Shown piece after piece: positions 26,172 to 34,997 of a stretch of DNA of 64,000 bases; within the stretch, counting starts at the first letter, position 1, and each line of letters starts with the position of its first letter. The stretch comes from SAR202 cluster bacterium Io17-Chloro-G2 (GTDB taxonomy: Bacteria; Chloroflexota; Dehalococcoidia; Lucifugimonadales; UBA3495), in contig MUCP01000012.1 of assembly GCA_002816875.1 (NCBI GenBank), positions 9,864 through 73,863 on the forward strand. The letters are read 5' to 3'. The notes beneath the pieces were generated by a model. It saw nothing but the letters and a program-made list of their open reading frames with translations. It was not told the origin of the DNA and ran no database searches. The translations under genes were made by a program, and so were the position numbers.

Positions 26172-29096
26172 ATGGGGTTAAAGTACGGGGCGCCTGATCC
26201 TTTGCAGCAGGTCCACGTGGCATTGGACCTGGAAACCACCGGCCTTGATTCAAACAGAGACGCCATCATTGAGATTGGTGCGGTCAAGTTTCAAGGCGGC
26301 GAGGACATCGACACCTTCCAGACATTTATAAAGCCGGCCCGGCCCATCCCTGACTTCGTCCAGCGGCTGACCGGTATCTCTCCCGACCAGGTCAGCCGGG
26401 CGCCCTTGTTTTCCAGCGTGTCCCGGGATTTGGAAGACTTCATCGGCGCCAGCCCCGTTATCGGGCATAACGTTTCCTTCGATCTCCGCTTTTTGGACAG
26501 CCACGACCTCCCTCTGGCCAATACAACATACGACACCTGGGACTTGGCGTCGGTATTGTTGCCCCGCACAACCCAATATTCCCTGGGGTTTCTAGCTTCT
26601 CATTTCGGCGTGGTTCACGACAAAGCCCACCGGGCCCTGGACGACGCCAAGGCAACTCAGCACGTTTTTCTGGCTTTGCTACAGGAGGCGGCGGCTTTAG
26701 ACCCTGGTCTCCTGGCACACCTGGCCAATTTGGCCCAGCGCAGCGATTGGTCGATAGCCCCGCTCCTCATGGGGCTAGAACAAGCGCGCAACGGACCGGG
26801 TCCCAATGCCGCGGCCTCAGTGTTCGGTCTAACCGGCCTGGACCTGGAAAGTATCGGCTCGCGGCTGGGAAGGGTGGAAAAACGCCGTGCCGAACCCACA
26901 CTGGCATCAATGGACGAAGACAAGATCAGCGGGCTTCTCAGCTCAAACGGTCCCTTCTCCAAAGCCTTTGAGGGTTTCGAATACCGGCCGGAGCAAGAGC
27001 AGATGTTGGCGGCGGTGACCAATGCCATCTACCAGGGCCAACACCTGGTGGTGGAAGGCGGCACCGGCGTGGGCAAATCCATGGCCTATCTGCTGCCGGC
27101 CGCTTTATTCGCTGTGTCCCAAGGGCAAAGGGTGGTCATCTCAACTAATACCATCAACCTCCAAGAACAGTTGATGAGCAAAGACATCCCAGCCATGATC
27201 AGCGTGCTGGAGGACTCCGGCTTAGTCAGCACGGGAGTGATCAAGGCCGCCCAACTTAAGGGCCGCGCCAACTATCTATGCCTCAGGCGCTGGAATTTCC
27301 TGGCGTCGGCCGAGTCGCCCAGCGTAGACGACGCCCGGCTGCTGGGCAAAACGTCGGTTTGGCTGCAGAACACGGTCAACGGTGACCGTGGCGAGATAAA
27401 CCTTTCGGGACGGGACGCATTCACTTGGACCCGCGTTTCGGCCGGCGAGGGCGGATGGTGCCCCGGGCTTCGTGACGGAAGCCCCTGTTTTTTGAGGACC
27501 GCCCGGGAGAGGGCTGACCAAGCCCACCTCATCGTGGTCAACCATGCCCTGTTGATGTCGGACCTGGCCCGGGGCGGCAGCCTGATCCCCGACTACCAAC
27601 ACCTGATAATCGACGAGGCCCACAACTTAGAAGACGCCGCGACCCGCCAGTTGGGCTTCAAGGCCGGTCCCGATGGCCTGGACGATGCCCTGGAGACCCA
27701 CGGCCGTCTCATCACCCAGTTGCGCCTGGCCATGGCCGCCGAAGGGTTGGCCTCACCCGTGCGGCAAGAAGCCGAGAAAGTAGTGGGAGACGTGGAGGGG
27801 GCCGCGCCGCGCCTGCGTGAAGTATGGGCGCGGCTATGGTCGTCGGCGGAACGTTTTTTTACAGGGTCCCGGAAAGGCCGGGGAGAGGGTCCAGACGCTG
27901 GTCAAAGCACCGGCCAATCCTTGTTGTTGACCCAGGCGGGTTCCGGTAGCGGCGGCAGCCGGGACGGCCAGCAATGGGCTGAGTTGTCCCTGGATTGGGA
28001 GAACGCCGGCGCGGTCTTGCAGCAGACAGTTCAAGGCTTGGAGCGCATAGGCCGTTTCTTGCAAACCGACCCTTTGCCGGGGCCAACCGACGGGCCGACC
28101 CTGGCCATGGAGGCGGGCAACATTCAGGACAAACTGGAGCAGCTTCGCGTCCAGCTGGACTCCATTTTGGGCGGGCACGACCCTAAAGCGATCCACTGGA
28201 TGGACCGGGGAATGAACCGCGGGCAATCCCGGGACCAAGGGGGGGCCGACCTCTCGTTCAACTCCGCGCCTCTAGAGGTGGGCGCCACCTTGGCCGAGCA
28301 ACTGTTCGACAGCATGGATAGCGTGGTGTTGACCAGCGCCACTCTCAGCACCCAGTCGAACTTCGAATACATCCGGCACCGCACCGGCCTGCCTGAGGAG
28401 AGCGGGGAGTTGTTGGTGGGCTCGCCTTTCGATTATCAGAAGGCGGCGCTGCTGCTGATTCCCGACGACATGCCCGCGCCCAACCAAGACGGATATCTTG
28501 ACGCCATAACCAGAGTGTTGGGCAGTTTGGGCAAGACCCTGGATGGCCATACCATGGCCCTTTTCACGTCCTATTCGGCGCTGCGGGCAGTGGCCCAAAA
28601 GTTGCGGAGCCAGTTGGTGGTAGACGGAGTCGAGGTCTTGGCCCAGAGCGTGGATGGGTCGCCCCAGCAACTCTTATCTCGCTTCATAGCCAACCCGGCC
28701 AGCGTTTTGCTGGGCACCAGCAGCTTTTGGGAGGGTGTCGACCTTCCCCCGGGGGTGCTAAAAGCCCTGGTGTTGACCCGGTTGCCCTTCGGCGTGCCCA
28801 CAGACCCGATCATTAAAACCCGGTCGGAACAATACCAGGACCCATTCAAAGAGTTTTCCATTCCCCAGGCGGTGCTCCGGTTCCGCCAGGGCATTGGAAG
28901 ATTGATTCGAAACAAGGGCGATAAAGGAAGCATCATCGTCCTGGACCGGAGGATAACCGGCCGGTCCTACGGCGGGGCCTTTATGCAGTCCATTCCCCCT
29001 TGCACCCTGAAGCCCAGCAGTCTGTTCACGGTGGCCGACCTTTCGGCCGATTGGATCGGAAAGGGTGCTCCGGCCAATCCCGGAGTGAAGCGGTAG
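26172..29096 (+). CDS. dinG: DinG-family ATP-dependent helicase with N-terminal DnaQ-like 3'-5' exonuclease domain
   Basis: 974 aa. Exonuclease motifs ALDLETTGL and HNVSFD..., HRALDDA. Helicase motifs GTGVGKS, DEAHNL and a C-terminal FWEGVDLPG-like segment. Confidence 0.85.
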   Translation: MGLKYGAPDPLQQVHVALDLETTGLDSNRDAIIEIGAVKFQGGEDIDTFQTFIKPARPIPDFVQRLTGISPDQVSRAPLFSSVSRDLEDFIGASPVIGHNVSFDLRFLDSHDLPLANTTYDTWDLASVLLPRTTQYSLGFLASHFGVVHDKAHRALDDAKATQHVFLALLQEAAALDPGLLAHLANLAQRSDWSIAPLLMGLEQARNGPGPNAAASVFGLTGLDLESIGSRLGRVEKRRAEPTLASMDEDKISGLLSSNGPFSKAFEGFEYRPEQEQMLAAVTNAIYQGQHLVVEGGTGVGKSMAYLLPAALFAVSQGQRVVISTNTINLQEQLMSKDIPAMISVLEDSGLVSTGVIKAAQLKGRANYLCLRRWNFLASAESPSVDDARLLGKTSVWLQNTVNGDRGEINLSGRDAFTWTRVSAGEGGWCPGLRDGSPCFLRTARERADQAHLIVVNHALLMSDLARGGSLIPDYQHLIIDEAHNLEDAATRQLGFKAGPDGLDDALETHGRLITQLRLAMAAEGLASPVRQEAEKVVGDVEGAAPRLREVWARLWSSAERFFTGSRKGRGEGPDAGQSTGQSLLLTQAGSGSGGSRDGQQWAELSLDWENAGAVLQQTVQGLERIGRFLQTDPLPGPTDGPTLAMEAGNIQDKLEQLRVQLDSILGGHDPKAIHWMDRGMNRGQSRDQGGADLSFNSAPLEVGATLAEQLFDSMDSVVLTSATLSTQSNFEYIRHRTGLPEESGELLVGSPFDYQKAALLLIPDDMPAPNQDGYLDAITRVLGSLGKTLDGHTMALFTSYSALRAVAQKLRSQLVVDGVEVLAQSVDGSPQQLLSRFIANPASVLLGTSSFWEGVDLPPGVLKALVLTRLPFGVPTDPIIKTRSEQYQDPFKEFSIPQAVLRFRQGIGRLIRNKGDKGSIIVLDRRITGRSYGGAFMQSIPPCTLKPSSLFTVADLSADWIGKGAPANPGVKR

Positions 29097-29109
29097 GGAG
29101 GTGGGTTAA

Positions 29110-29988
29110 GTGGAGATAAAGACGGACCAACCCTTTGATTTGGCATCCTCGCTGGAGAGCGGGCAGGCCCACCGGTGGCGCCTGGACGGAGATTGGTACG
29201 CCGGGGTGGTCAGAGGAAATTTCATCAAGATGCGGCAAACCTGCGGAGGATTCGAGTTCCGGTCCCAACCCTCGGCAGAAGAAACTCTGGTCCCCATGCT
29301 TGAGGATTATTTCCGCCTGGACGACGATCTGCCGGCGATCTACGGAGAGATAAAGCAGGACCAGAGGGTAGCAACCATGGTGGACCAGTACCCCGGCCTG
29401 CGGGTGTTGCGCACAGAACCGTGGGAATGCTTGATTGCCTTCATCTGTTCCGCCAACAACAACATATCCCGCATCCACCAGTTGATGGAAAGGATGTCGG
29501 AGACGTTCGGCGAGCCCTTGCACTTGGACGGCCAGGTCCGGTACACCTTTCCCGGCCCGGCGGAACTGGCCGAGGGTGGTGAGATGGAGTTGCGCCGCCT
29601 GGGATTGGGTTTCCGGGCGCCCTACGTCGATCAGGCAGCCCGCCGGGTGCTGGAGGGCAACCTAGATCTAGACCAGCTTACCGTGGCTCCGTACCAAGAG
29701 GCCAAAGAGCGCCTGATGGAGTGCAAGGGCATTGGCTCGAAGATCGCCGATTGCATCGCCGTATTTTCCCTGGAAAAGTTAGAAGCATTCCCTATAGACG
29801 TTTGGATACGGCGGGCCCTGGCGGAATGGTATTTTCCAAACCAGAAAAAACCTTCGGATCGAGTACTTCTGGAGTGGGCCCAAAACTACTTCGGCCGCTA
29901 CGGAGGCTACTCGCAGCAGTACCTATTCCACGGTCGGCGGTTGGAGAAGGCACGACGGCAGGCAACTTCTTCCGAGACCGCGCAATAG
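29110..29988 (+). CDS. ogg: 8-oxoguanine DNA glycosylase/AP lyase (OGG1-type HhH-GPD)
   Basis: 292 aa, GTG start 13 nt after the dinG stop. Contains the HhH-GPD segment ECKGIGSKIADCIAVFSL...FPIDVWIRR with the Lys expected for bifunctional OGG. Confidence 0.75.
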   Translation: MEIKTDQPFDLASSLESGQAHRWRLDGDWYAGVVRGNFIKMRQTCGGFEFRSQPSAEETLVPMLEDYFRLDDDLPAIYGEIKQDQRVATMVDQYPGLRVLRTEPWECLIAFICSANNNISRIHQLMERMSETFGEPLHLDGQVRYTFPGPAELAEGGEMELRRLGLGFRAPYVDQAARRVLEGNLDLDQLTVAPYQEAKERLMECKGIGSKIADCIAVFSLEKLEAFPIDVWIRRALAEWYFPNQKKPSDRVLLEWAQNYFGRYGGYSQQYLFHGRRLEKARRQATSSETAQ

Positions 29989-30114
29989 ATCAGACCAGTT
30001 GGGGTACCATGAACGATCCCGCAGTCGAGGATCACATTTATACCAATTCCAGAATCGCACTGATACTCCTGACACCAGCTTCACATCTAACTGGCCACGT
30101 CAGGGTGTTGGGGC

Positions 30115-30357
30115 GTGATAAAATTCAAGGCAACGACAGAATCAACTAGGTTACGATGCCACGCAAAGACTGAATATAGAGGTCGGGGGAACAGGGGGCA
30201 AAATCCAATGAAGGTAAATTGGTTAAAAGCTTTGCCAGTCGGGTCTCACGTTAGAGAAACCTTGGAAGACATCAAAATCATCCGCTTCGGCGCCAGGAAA
30301 TCCAAGAAGGGTCCCGCGCGGCCTATTGCATACGAATCGAATCCCGTCAAACGGTGA
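30115..30357 (+). CDS. Hypothetical small basic protein in an AT-richer island (a shorter version from ATG 30208 is possible)
   Basis: ORF only, with no recognisable motif. Its TGA overlaps the GTG of the next small ORF (GTGA). Confidence 0.25.
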   Translation: MIKFKATTESTRLRCHAKTEYRGRGNRGQNPMKVNWLKALPVGSHVRETLEDIKIIRFGARKSKKGPARPIAYESNPVKR

Positions 30358-30509
30358 CACCCGAAGTTGTGGAAGCCTGGTTGAGGGTTGTGGCACGGGA
30401 TGTTATCACCGCGGCGTGTTTAGGGGCGGGCATTTGGCTGGTGGTTGTGCAGCAAACCGAATGGGGTTATAGCTTTATTACGTTCATTGCGGGATATTGG
30501 CTGAAATGA
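30354..30509 (+). CDS. Hypothetical 51-aa membrane peptide
   Basis: Hand-translated: VTPEVVEAWLRVVARDVITAACLGAGIWLVVVQQTEWGYSFITFIAGYWLK. It has two hydrophobic stretches and is below the ORF-track length cutoff. Confidence 0.2.
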   Translation: MTPEVVEAWLRVVARDVITAACLGAGIWLVVVQQTEWGYSFITFIAGYWLK

Positions 30510-30541
30510 GCAGCTTAGTAGTCTGATTCGCGGCTCGTTTC

Positions 30542-31576
30542 TTACGGCTTCAACAACAACTTCCCGAAGAAGTTGGTTTCTTCCATGGCTTGGTGAGCGG
30601 CGGCGGCTTCTTTCAGCGGGAACACCCGGTCTACCACGGGGTTTATGGTCCCCTGGTTCAGCACTGCCACGATCTGACGCATGTCCTCTTTTGTGCCCAT
30701 GAACGCTCCAAAGACCTCTATCTGGCGGCTGAACAGCAACCCCAGGTGCAATTCGGTTCGCAGGCCGGTGGTCGCGCCGCAGATGCCGTAGCGGCCGCCG
30801 GGTTTAAGGGAGCTGAATGCTTTGGCGAAGAAATCCGCGCCGACATGGTCCACCACCATATCCACTCCTCCACTGGTGAGGGCGCGGACCCGCTCGGTGA
30901 TGTCTTCCTCGTTATAGTTGATGACCTCATCGGCGCCCAGTTCTTTGGCCTTGGCCGCTTTCTCGGCGGTGCTGGTGGTGGCGATGACCCTGGCGCCGAT
31001 GACGTGTTTTGCCACCTGGATGGCCGCCGTACCCACGCCGGCGGATGCAGAAAGAACTAAAACCGTCTCCCACGGTTTAAGCTGGCCACGGCGAACCAAT
31101 ATGTTCCAAACCGGAAGAAACGTGGTGGGAACAGCGGCGGCCTGCTCGTAGGAAACCGCGTCTGCAATGGCGTGGGCGTTGACCGCCGGCACCACCGCCA
31201 GCTCGGCATAGCTGCCATCGGTAGCGCTGCCCATGAACCTGGGGCGCGGACAGAGATGGTCGTTCCCGGCAAGGCAGGCGGGACATTGCTGGCAGGTGAT
31301 CTTGGGATTTACCACCACCCGGTCACCGGTCTTGAGTCCGGAGACCTGTTCGCCCACTTCGACCACATCGCCGGCGCAATCACCGCCCAAGATCAAAGGC
31401 GGCGGGAACTCCCGTTGCAGTCCCCTCTCTCCTGCCCTGGTGTACAGGTCCAAGCGGTTCAATGCTGAAGCGTTGACTTTCACCATGACTTCGGCGGGAC
31501 CAACCGCCGGGTCGGGCCTTTCGCCAAAGGTCAAAACCTCGGGGCCGCCGTGGGCTTCGATATAAACGGCTTTCAT
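30542..31576 (-). CDS. Zinc-type alcohol dehydrogenase/quinone oxidoreductase (MDR family)
   Basis: 344 aa. Contains MKAVYIEAHGGPEVL..., a structural-zinc Cys cluster CQQCPACLAGNDHLC, and a nucleotide-binding segment (VLSASAGVGTAAIQVAK). Confidence 0.85.
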   Translation of the reverse strand: MKAVYIEAHGGPEVLTFGERPDPAVGPAEVMVKVNASALNRLDLYTRAGERGLQREFPPPLILGGDCAGDVVEVGEQVSGLKTGDRVVVNPKITCQQCPACLAGNDHLCPRPRFMGSATDGSYAELAVVPAVNAHAIADAVSYEQAAAVPTTFLPVWNILVRRGQLKPWETVLVLSASAGVGTAAIQVAKHVIGARVIATTSTAEKAAKAKELGADEVINYNEEDITERVRALTSGGVDMVVDHVGADFFAKAFSSLKPGGRYGICGATTGLRTELHLGLLFSRQIEVFGAFMGTKEDMRQIVAVLNQGTINPVVDRVFPLKEAAAAHQAMEETNFFGKLLLKP

Positions 31577-31655
31577 GGGCAGGTAACCTCAAATAATTTA
31601 GCGATCAGCCATCAGGTTCTCTTTAACTGTTCTTCTATGCCGGTGTCCCTAGAAT

Positions 31656-31822
31656 TTGGTAACTATCTCAAAAGATGGTTCGCCCCGATTACATCGGGGT
31701 CACCACGAACGGAGGAGGTTCTTTCCGTCCGTTCGTCCTGAGCTCCAACGGGAGGCCGCGAGTCGCGACAAAGTCGGACCTGTCGAAGGATGGTCCATCT
31801 TGGATACACGGTTTTGAGATGG
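31656..31822 (+). repeat. Dispersed intergenic repeat, long form (copy B)
   Basis: Colinear with copy A, plus an extra hairpin module ccccgattacatcgggg. Contains the interrupted core cctgagc[tccaacgggaggccgcgagtcgcgacaaagtcgga]cctgtcgaagga. Confidence 0.85.
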
Positions 31823-31876
31823 TTTCAAAGCCGTGACGAACCACACGTCGCAAATAGTTGATAGCTGAGTTCTGGT

Positions 31877-32098
31877 TTATGGCCTGCGGCCGTAGAAGCA
31901 GTCGTCGCAAAGAAACACGATAGCCAGCGCTTCCTCGTGGCTGCCGATGCGGCCGCACTGGGGCACTTGGCTTTCCTCGCTCCACGGTTGATGGAATTTC
32001 CCGCCACACAACTGGCATGACGCCTGGTGCACTTCATCCAGGGTGTCCCCGCAGATCACGCAGGTTTCGGCTTCCAATTCTTCATCCATGACCGGCAT
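31877..32098 (-). CDS. Small Cys-rich zinc-ribbon-like protein, overlapping the end of the CCA-enzyme gene
   Basis: About 70-73 aa. Contains CVICGD...CQLCGG...C...CDDC (four Cys pairs or sites). Candidate ATGs at 32098 and 32089. ATG 32089 overlaps the upstream TGA (ATGGATGA). Confidence 0.5.
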   Translation of the reverse strand: MPVMDEELEAETCVICGDTLDEVHQASCQLCGGKFHQPWSEESQVPQCGRIGSHEEALAIVFLCDDCFYGRRP

Positions 32099-33314
32099 CC
32101 CCAATAGCCTCGGCCCCCACGGGACCCACGATGGTATCAGCCATCAATTCCTGTACCAAACGCCGCCGGCCGGCATCGGCGCCAGCCCCGCCATCCAACC
32201 GCCCATCCAACACCTCATCGCGCAACCGGCCCAAGATGCGGCCGACCAGGGGTCCCGGAGGCACACCGAGCTGCAACAAGTCCCGTCCGTCCAACCCAGG
32301 TTTAACGTGCCGCAGCTCAGTCAAAAACCGGTGCAGCCCCTGATTGACCCAGGCGTCTTCGCTGGTCAAGCCCATGGCCGCCACGGCTACCACGGAAACG
32401 TCTTCCAGAAGGCGAACCAAGCGTGATGGAGAGATAGATTCATCATTCAATTCGGCCGCCATACCCTGAAGCCTGATGGAGTCGCGGACGATACGGCGCC
32501 AACCCTCGGGCATGTTCAGGCGGCCGATCAAGTCCTCCCCTTCCTGTTCGGAAAGGTCCGAGACCAACGCCGCCAGATATACCATCGGAATCTCCGCTTC
32601 GATTTCGGCGCCAATATCGCCGATACCGGCGGCCAACCGCTGTAGTTTTCCCAGATCGTTAAGGGCGGGATGTACCGCCTGCAAAACTTCCAGATCCAAG
32701 CAACGGGCGAACGCAGGTGCGGGATTTTCTTCTTCCAGGATCCGCTGGATCTCGTGGCGAAGCCGGTCCGGGCTCAGGACGGCAACAAGACCCTGATCCA
32801 CTGAGTTTTTTAGGTGGGCAAGGGTCTGTTGGTCGATACGAAAGTCCAGGCGTTGCTCGTAGCGGATTGCCCGGAATACCCGGGTGGGGTCGTCGATGAA
32901 GCTGCAGTCGTGGAGGGTGCGCACTACGCCCAGCCGCAGGTCTTCCAATCCTCTCCAATGATCCAGGACCTCAGCGGCATCTCCCGCCAATGGTATTGCC
33001 ATGGCGTTGATAGAGAAATCACGGCGGGCCAAATCGTCCCGAATGCCGCTGGGAGTCACCTGGGGCAAAGCGCCGGGGTGCGTATAAGTCTCCCGCCGGG
33101 CGGTCACCAAGTCGATTCGCGTGCCCCCGGCAATCACGGTGGCGGTGCCGAACCGGGGGTGAACGATGGTTTTGCCGGCCAATTCGGCGGCCACCCGCTG
33201 GGCCAGCGCCGGAGCGTCGCCTTCCACCGAGAAATCCAAGTCTTTGACGGGCCGCCCCAAAAGAGCGTCGCGAACCGGTCCGCCCACAAGATAAACGGGC
33301 GAGTGTTGGTCCAA
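32082..33314 (-). CDS. cca: CCA-adding tRNA nucleotidyltransferase/poly(A) polymerase family protein
   Basis: 410 aa. Contains YLVGGPVRDALLGRPVKDLDF head-domain motif. The frame stays open for 38 codons upstream of TTG 33314 with no ATG/GTG/TTG, and that stretch (NLEALDALRRCAL) still looks family-like, so the start is uncertain. Confidence 0.8.
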   Translation of the reverse strand: MDQHSPVYLVGGPVRDALLGRPVKDLDFSVEGDAPALAQRVAAELAGKTIVHPRFGTATVIAGGTRIDLVTARRETYTHPGALPQVTPSGIRDDLARRDFSINAMAIPLAGDAAEVLDHWRGLEDLRLGVVRTLHDCSFIDDPTRVFRAIRYEQRLDFRIDQQTLAHLKNSVDQGLVAVLSPDRLRHEIQRILEEENPAPAFARCLDLEVLQAVHPALNDLGKLQRLAAGIGDIGAEIEAEIPMVYLAALVSDLSEQEGEDLIGRLNMPEGWRRIVRDSIRLQGMAAELNDESISPSRLVRLLEDVSVVAVAAMGLTSEDAWVNQGLHRFLTELRHVKPGLDGRDLLQLGVPPGPLVGRILGRLRDEVLDGRLDGGAGADAGRRRLVQELMADTIVGPVGAEAIGDAGHG

Positions 33315-33434
33315 CGCGCAACGGCGAAGGGCATCTAATGCCTCTAGGTTGCCGCCGCCGGTGTTTCGCTGGATGAATCCCAGGGGGTCGCCGATGTGGT
33401 GGAGCTTGTCCGTGGAGGGCCTCCGGTGTCAAAC

Positions 33435-33443
33435 ATTATAGCA
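33435..33443 (-). promoter_or_regulatory. Extended -10 promoter candidate (TGcTATAAT) for the cca gene
   Basis: The minus strand reads tgctataat. There is no convincing -35 hexamer. Confidence 0.35.
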
Positions 33444-33535
33444 TAGGGGCGCTTCTGGCCTCTTGATTCCAGGCATATTCCACCCTTGCGCCGGCAGCCG
33501 GTCACGCCAATTCCAACAACCCTGATCTTATGGTT

Positions 33536-33563
33536 TTGACAACCCAATCACAGGTGGTAAAAT
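33536..33563 (+). promoter_or_regulatory. Sigma-70-like promoter candidate for the DsbA-like/rnc/TIR/ftsY operon
   Basis: TTGACA (33536-33541), 16-nt spacer, TAAAAT (33558-33563). Confidence 0.5.
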
Positions 33564-33623
33564 CTTTGCAGGCAATCGCCCAATCCGGCAATTGCCCATC
33601 ACACGACTGTAGGAGGCGCAACA

Positions 33624-34262
33624 ATGGTTGAGGCAGCATTCACCACCTACTACGATTTTCGTTGACCCTTCGTATACAATGCCGCCATGTGGCTGGCAAA
33701 AGTGGAATCGAGCACGGGGTCCAAGGTTGAAGTAGACTGGCAGCCCTTCGCCCTGGCCCAGGTCAACGCAGACAAAGATGCGGAACTAAAGGTCTGGGAA
33801 AGGCCGGATGTATTAGACGGGACCGATCCGATTTTCCTGGCCCACCGGTCGGGTCTGGCGGCCAAACGCCAGGGTAAAGAGGCCTTCGAGGCTTTCTTCA
33901 TCGCCCTGCTGAAGCAGCGCCACGAGGAAAAGGCCGACTTGAACGATCCCGACGTGATGAAGGCAGCGGCCACGACGGCCGGCTTGGACTTGGCTCGTTT
34001 TCTGGAAGACCAGGCCGACCCCGATCTACTCAAAGAGATTGGGGACAGCCACACCAAAGCGGTGGAAGAGTACGGCGCATTTGGGGTGCCCACATTTATC
34101 TTGCCCGGAGGCAAGACCGCTTTCGTGAAAATGTTCATACCTCCCGAAGAACAGGCGAGCGATATATACGACACCCTGACACATGTGATCAGCGAGTTTG
34201 ATCACGTAGGTGAAGTAAAGCGCCCGCAGCCGCCGTGGCCTCACGGAGTGATCAAGGGATAA
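33624..34262 (+). CDS. DsbA-family (FrnE/mycoredoxin-like) thioredoxin-fold protein with in-frame TGA at 33663-33665; candidate selenoprotein
   Basis: ATG 33624 is preceded by AGGAGG (33611-33616). Translation: MVEAAFTTYYDFR-TGA-PFVYNAAMWLAKVESS..., continuous with track ORF 33687-34262. The TGA sits where family members carry the CP(F/W)x redox Cys. Confidence 0.6.
33681..33697 (+). promoter_or_regulatory. SECIS-like hairpin
   Basis: GCCGCC-AUGU-GGCuGGC: 6 bp with one bulged U. It starts 15 nt after the TGA. Confidence 0.45.
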
Positions 34263-34265
34263 CAC

Positions 34266-34967
34266 GTGGCGAATCGGCTTCTAGAAGCGGATTTAGGCGT
34301 AAAGTTTCGTGAACCAGGGCTGCTCCAGCAAGCCCTGGTTCACCGTTCTTACCTCAACGAACAGGGCGGAAAGCCCTCGGACTCCTACGAACGGCTGGAA
34401 TTCCTGGGCGACGCAGTCATAGAACTGGCTGTGTCCACCCGGCTGTATGAGTTCTTGCCCAACCATTCCGAAGGCGACCTCACCAAGGCCCGCGCCACTT
34501 TGGTTTGCGGTGAAAGTCTGGCCGTGATCGCCCGCCGGCTGCGTCTAGGCGATCACGTCCTGTTGGGCAAGGGAGAGGAGGCCACCGGAGGCAGGGACAG
34601 AGAGTCCACTCTGGCCGCCACCATGGAAGCCGTCGTGGCCGCGGTATACCAGGATCAAGGCTTCGAAGCGGCTCGCAGCTTCGTTCTTCGCATCATGGCC
34701 CCGGAATTGGACCAATTCTTACTCCAAGGAACGGCGGCGGACAATCCCAAGTCCCGTCTCCAAGAACACATCCAGGGCCTGGGCCGCGCCACACCAAAGT
34801 ACCAACTTGCCTCAAGCACGGGGCCCGACCACGATCCCTGGTTTGAAGTGGAAGTCCTGGTGGAAAGCCAGGTGATCGGCAAAGGCCAAGGCGGGAAGAA
34901 GGCCGACGCCGAACGGGCGGCCGCCAACGACGCCCTGAACCGCATCGCGTCAGAACCAATCACCTAA
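34266..34967 (+). CDS. rnc: Ribonuclease III
   Basis: 233 aa. Contains ERLEFLGDAVIELAV catalytic signature and a C-terminal dsRBD-like segment. Confidence 0.95.
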   Translation: MANRLLEADLGVKFREPGLLQQALVHRSYLNEQGGKPSDSYERLEFLGDAVIELAVSTRLYEFLPNHSEGDLTKARATLVCGESLAVIARRLRLGDHVLLGKGEEATGGRDRESTLAATMEAVVAAVYQDQGFEAARSFVLRIMAPELDQFLLQGTAADNPKSRLQEHIQGLGRATPKYQLASSTGPDHDPWFEVEVLVESQVIGKGQGGKKADAERAAANDALNRIASEPIT

Positions 34968-34997
34968 AGTTTAAAAACCTCGGGGTCCGCTTAAACC

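Noticed and set aside
31730-31800. A hammerhead-type self-cleaving ribozyme in the repeat core (cCUGAGC...GUCGAAgg).
   Set aside because: The core reads CUGAGCY rather than the required CUGANGA, and no GAAA plus cleavage-site arrangement could be fitted.
33421-33480. The in-frame TGA upstream of the cca gene considered as a fourth recoding site.
   Set aside because: The sequence upstream of that TGA coincides with a TGnTATAAT promoter element and translates to nothing family-like. There is no hairpin at the expected spacing.
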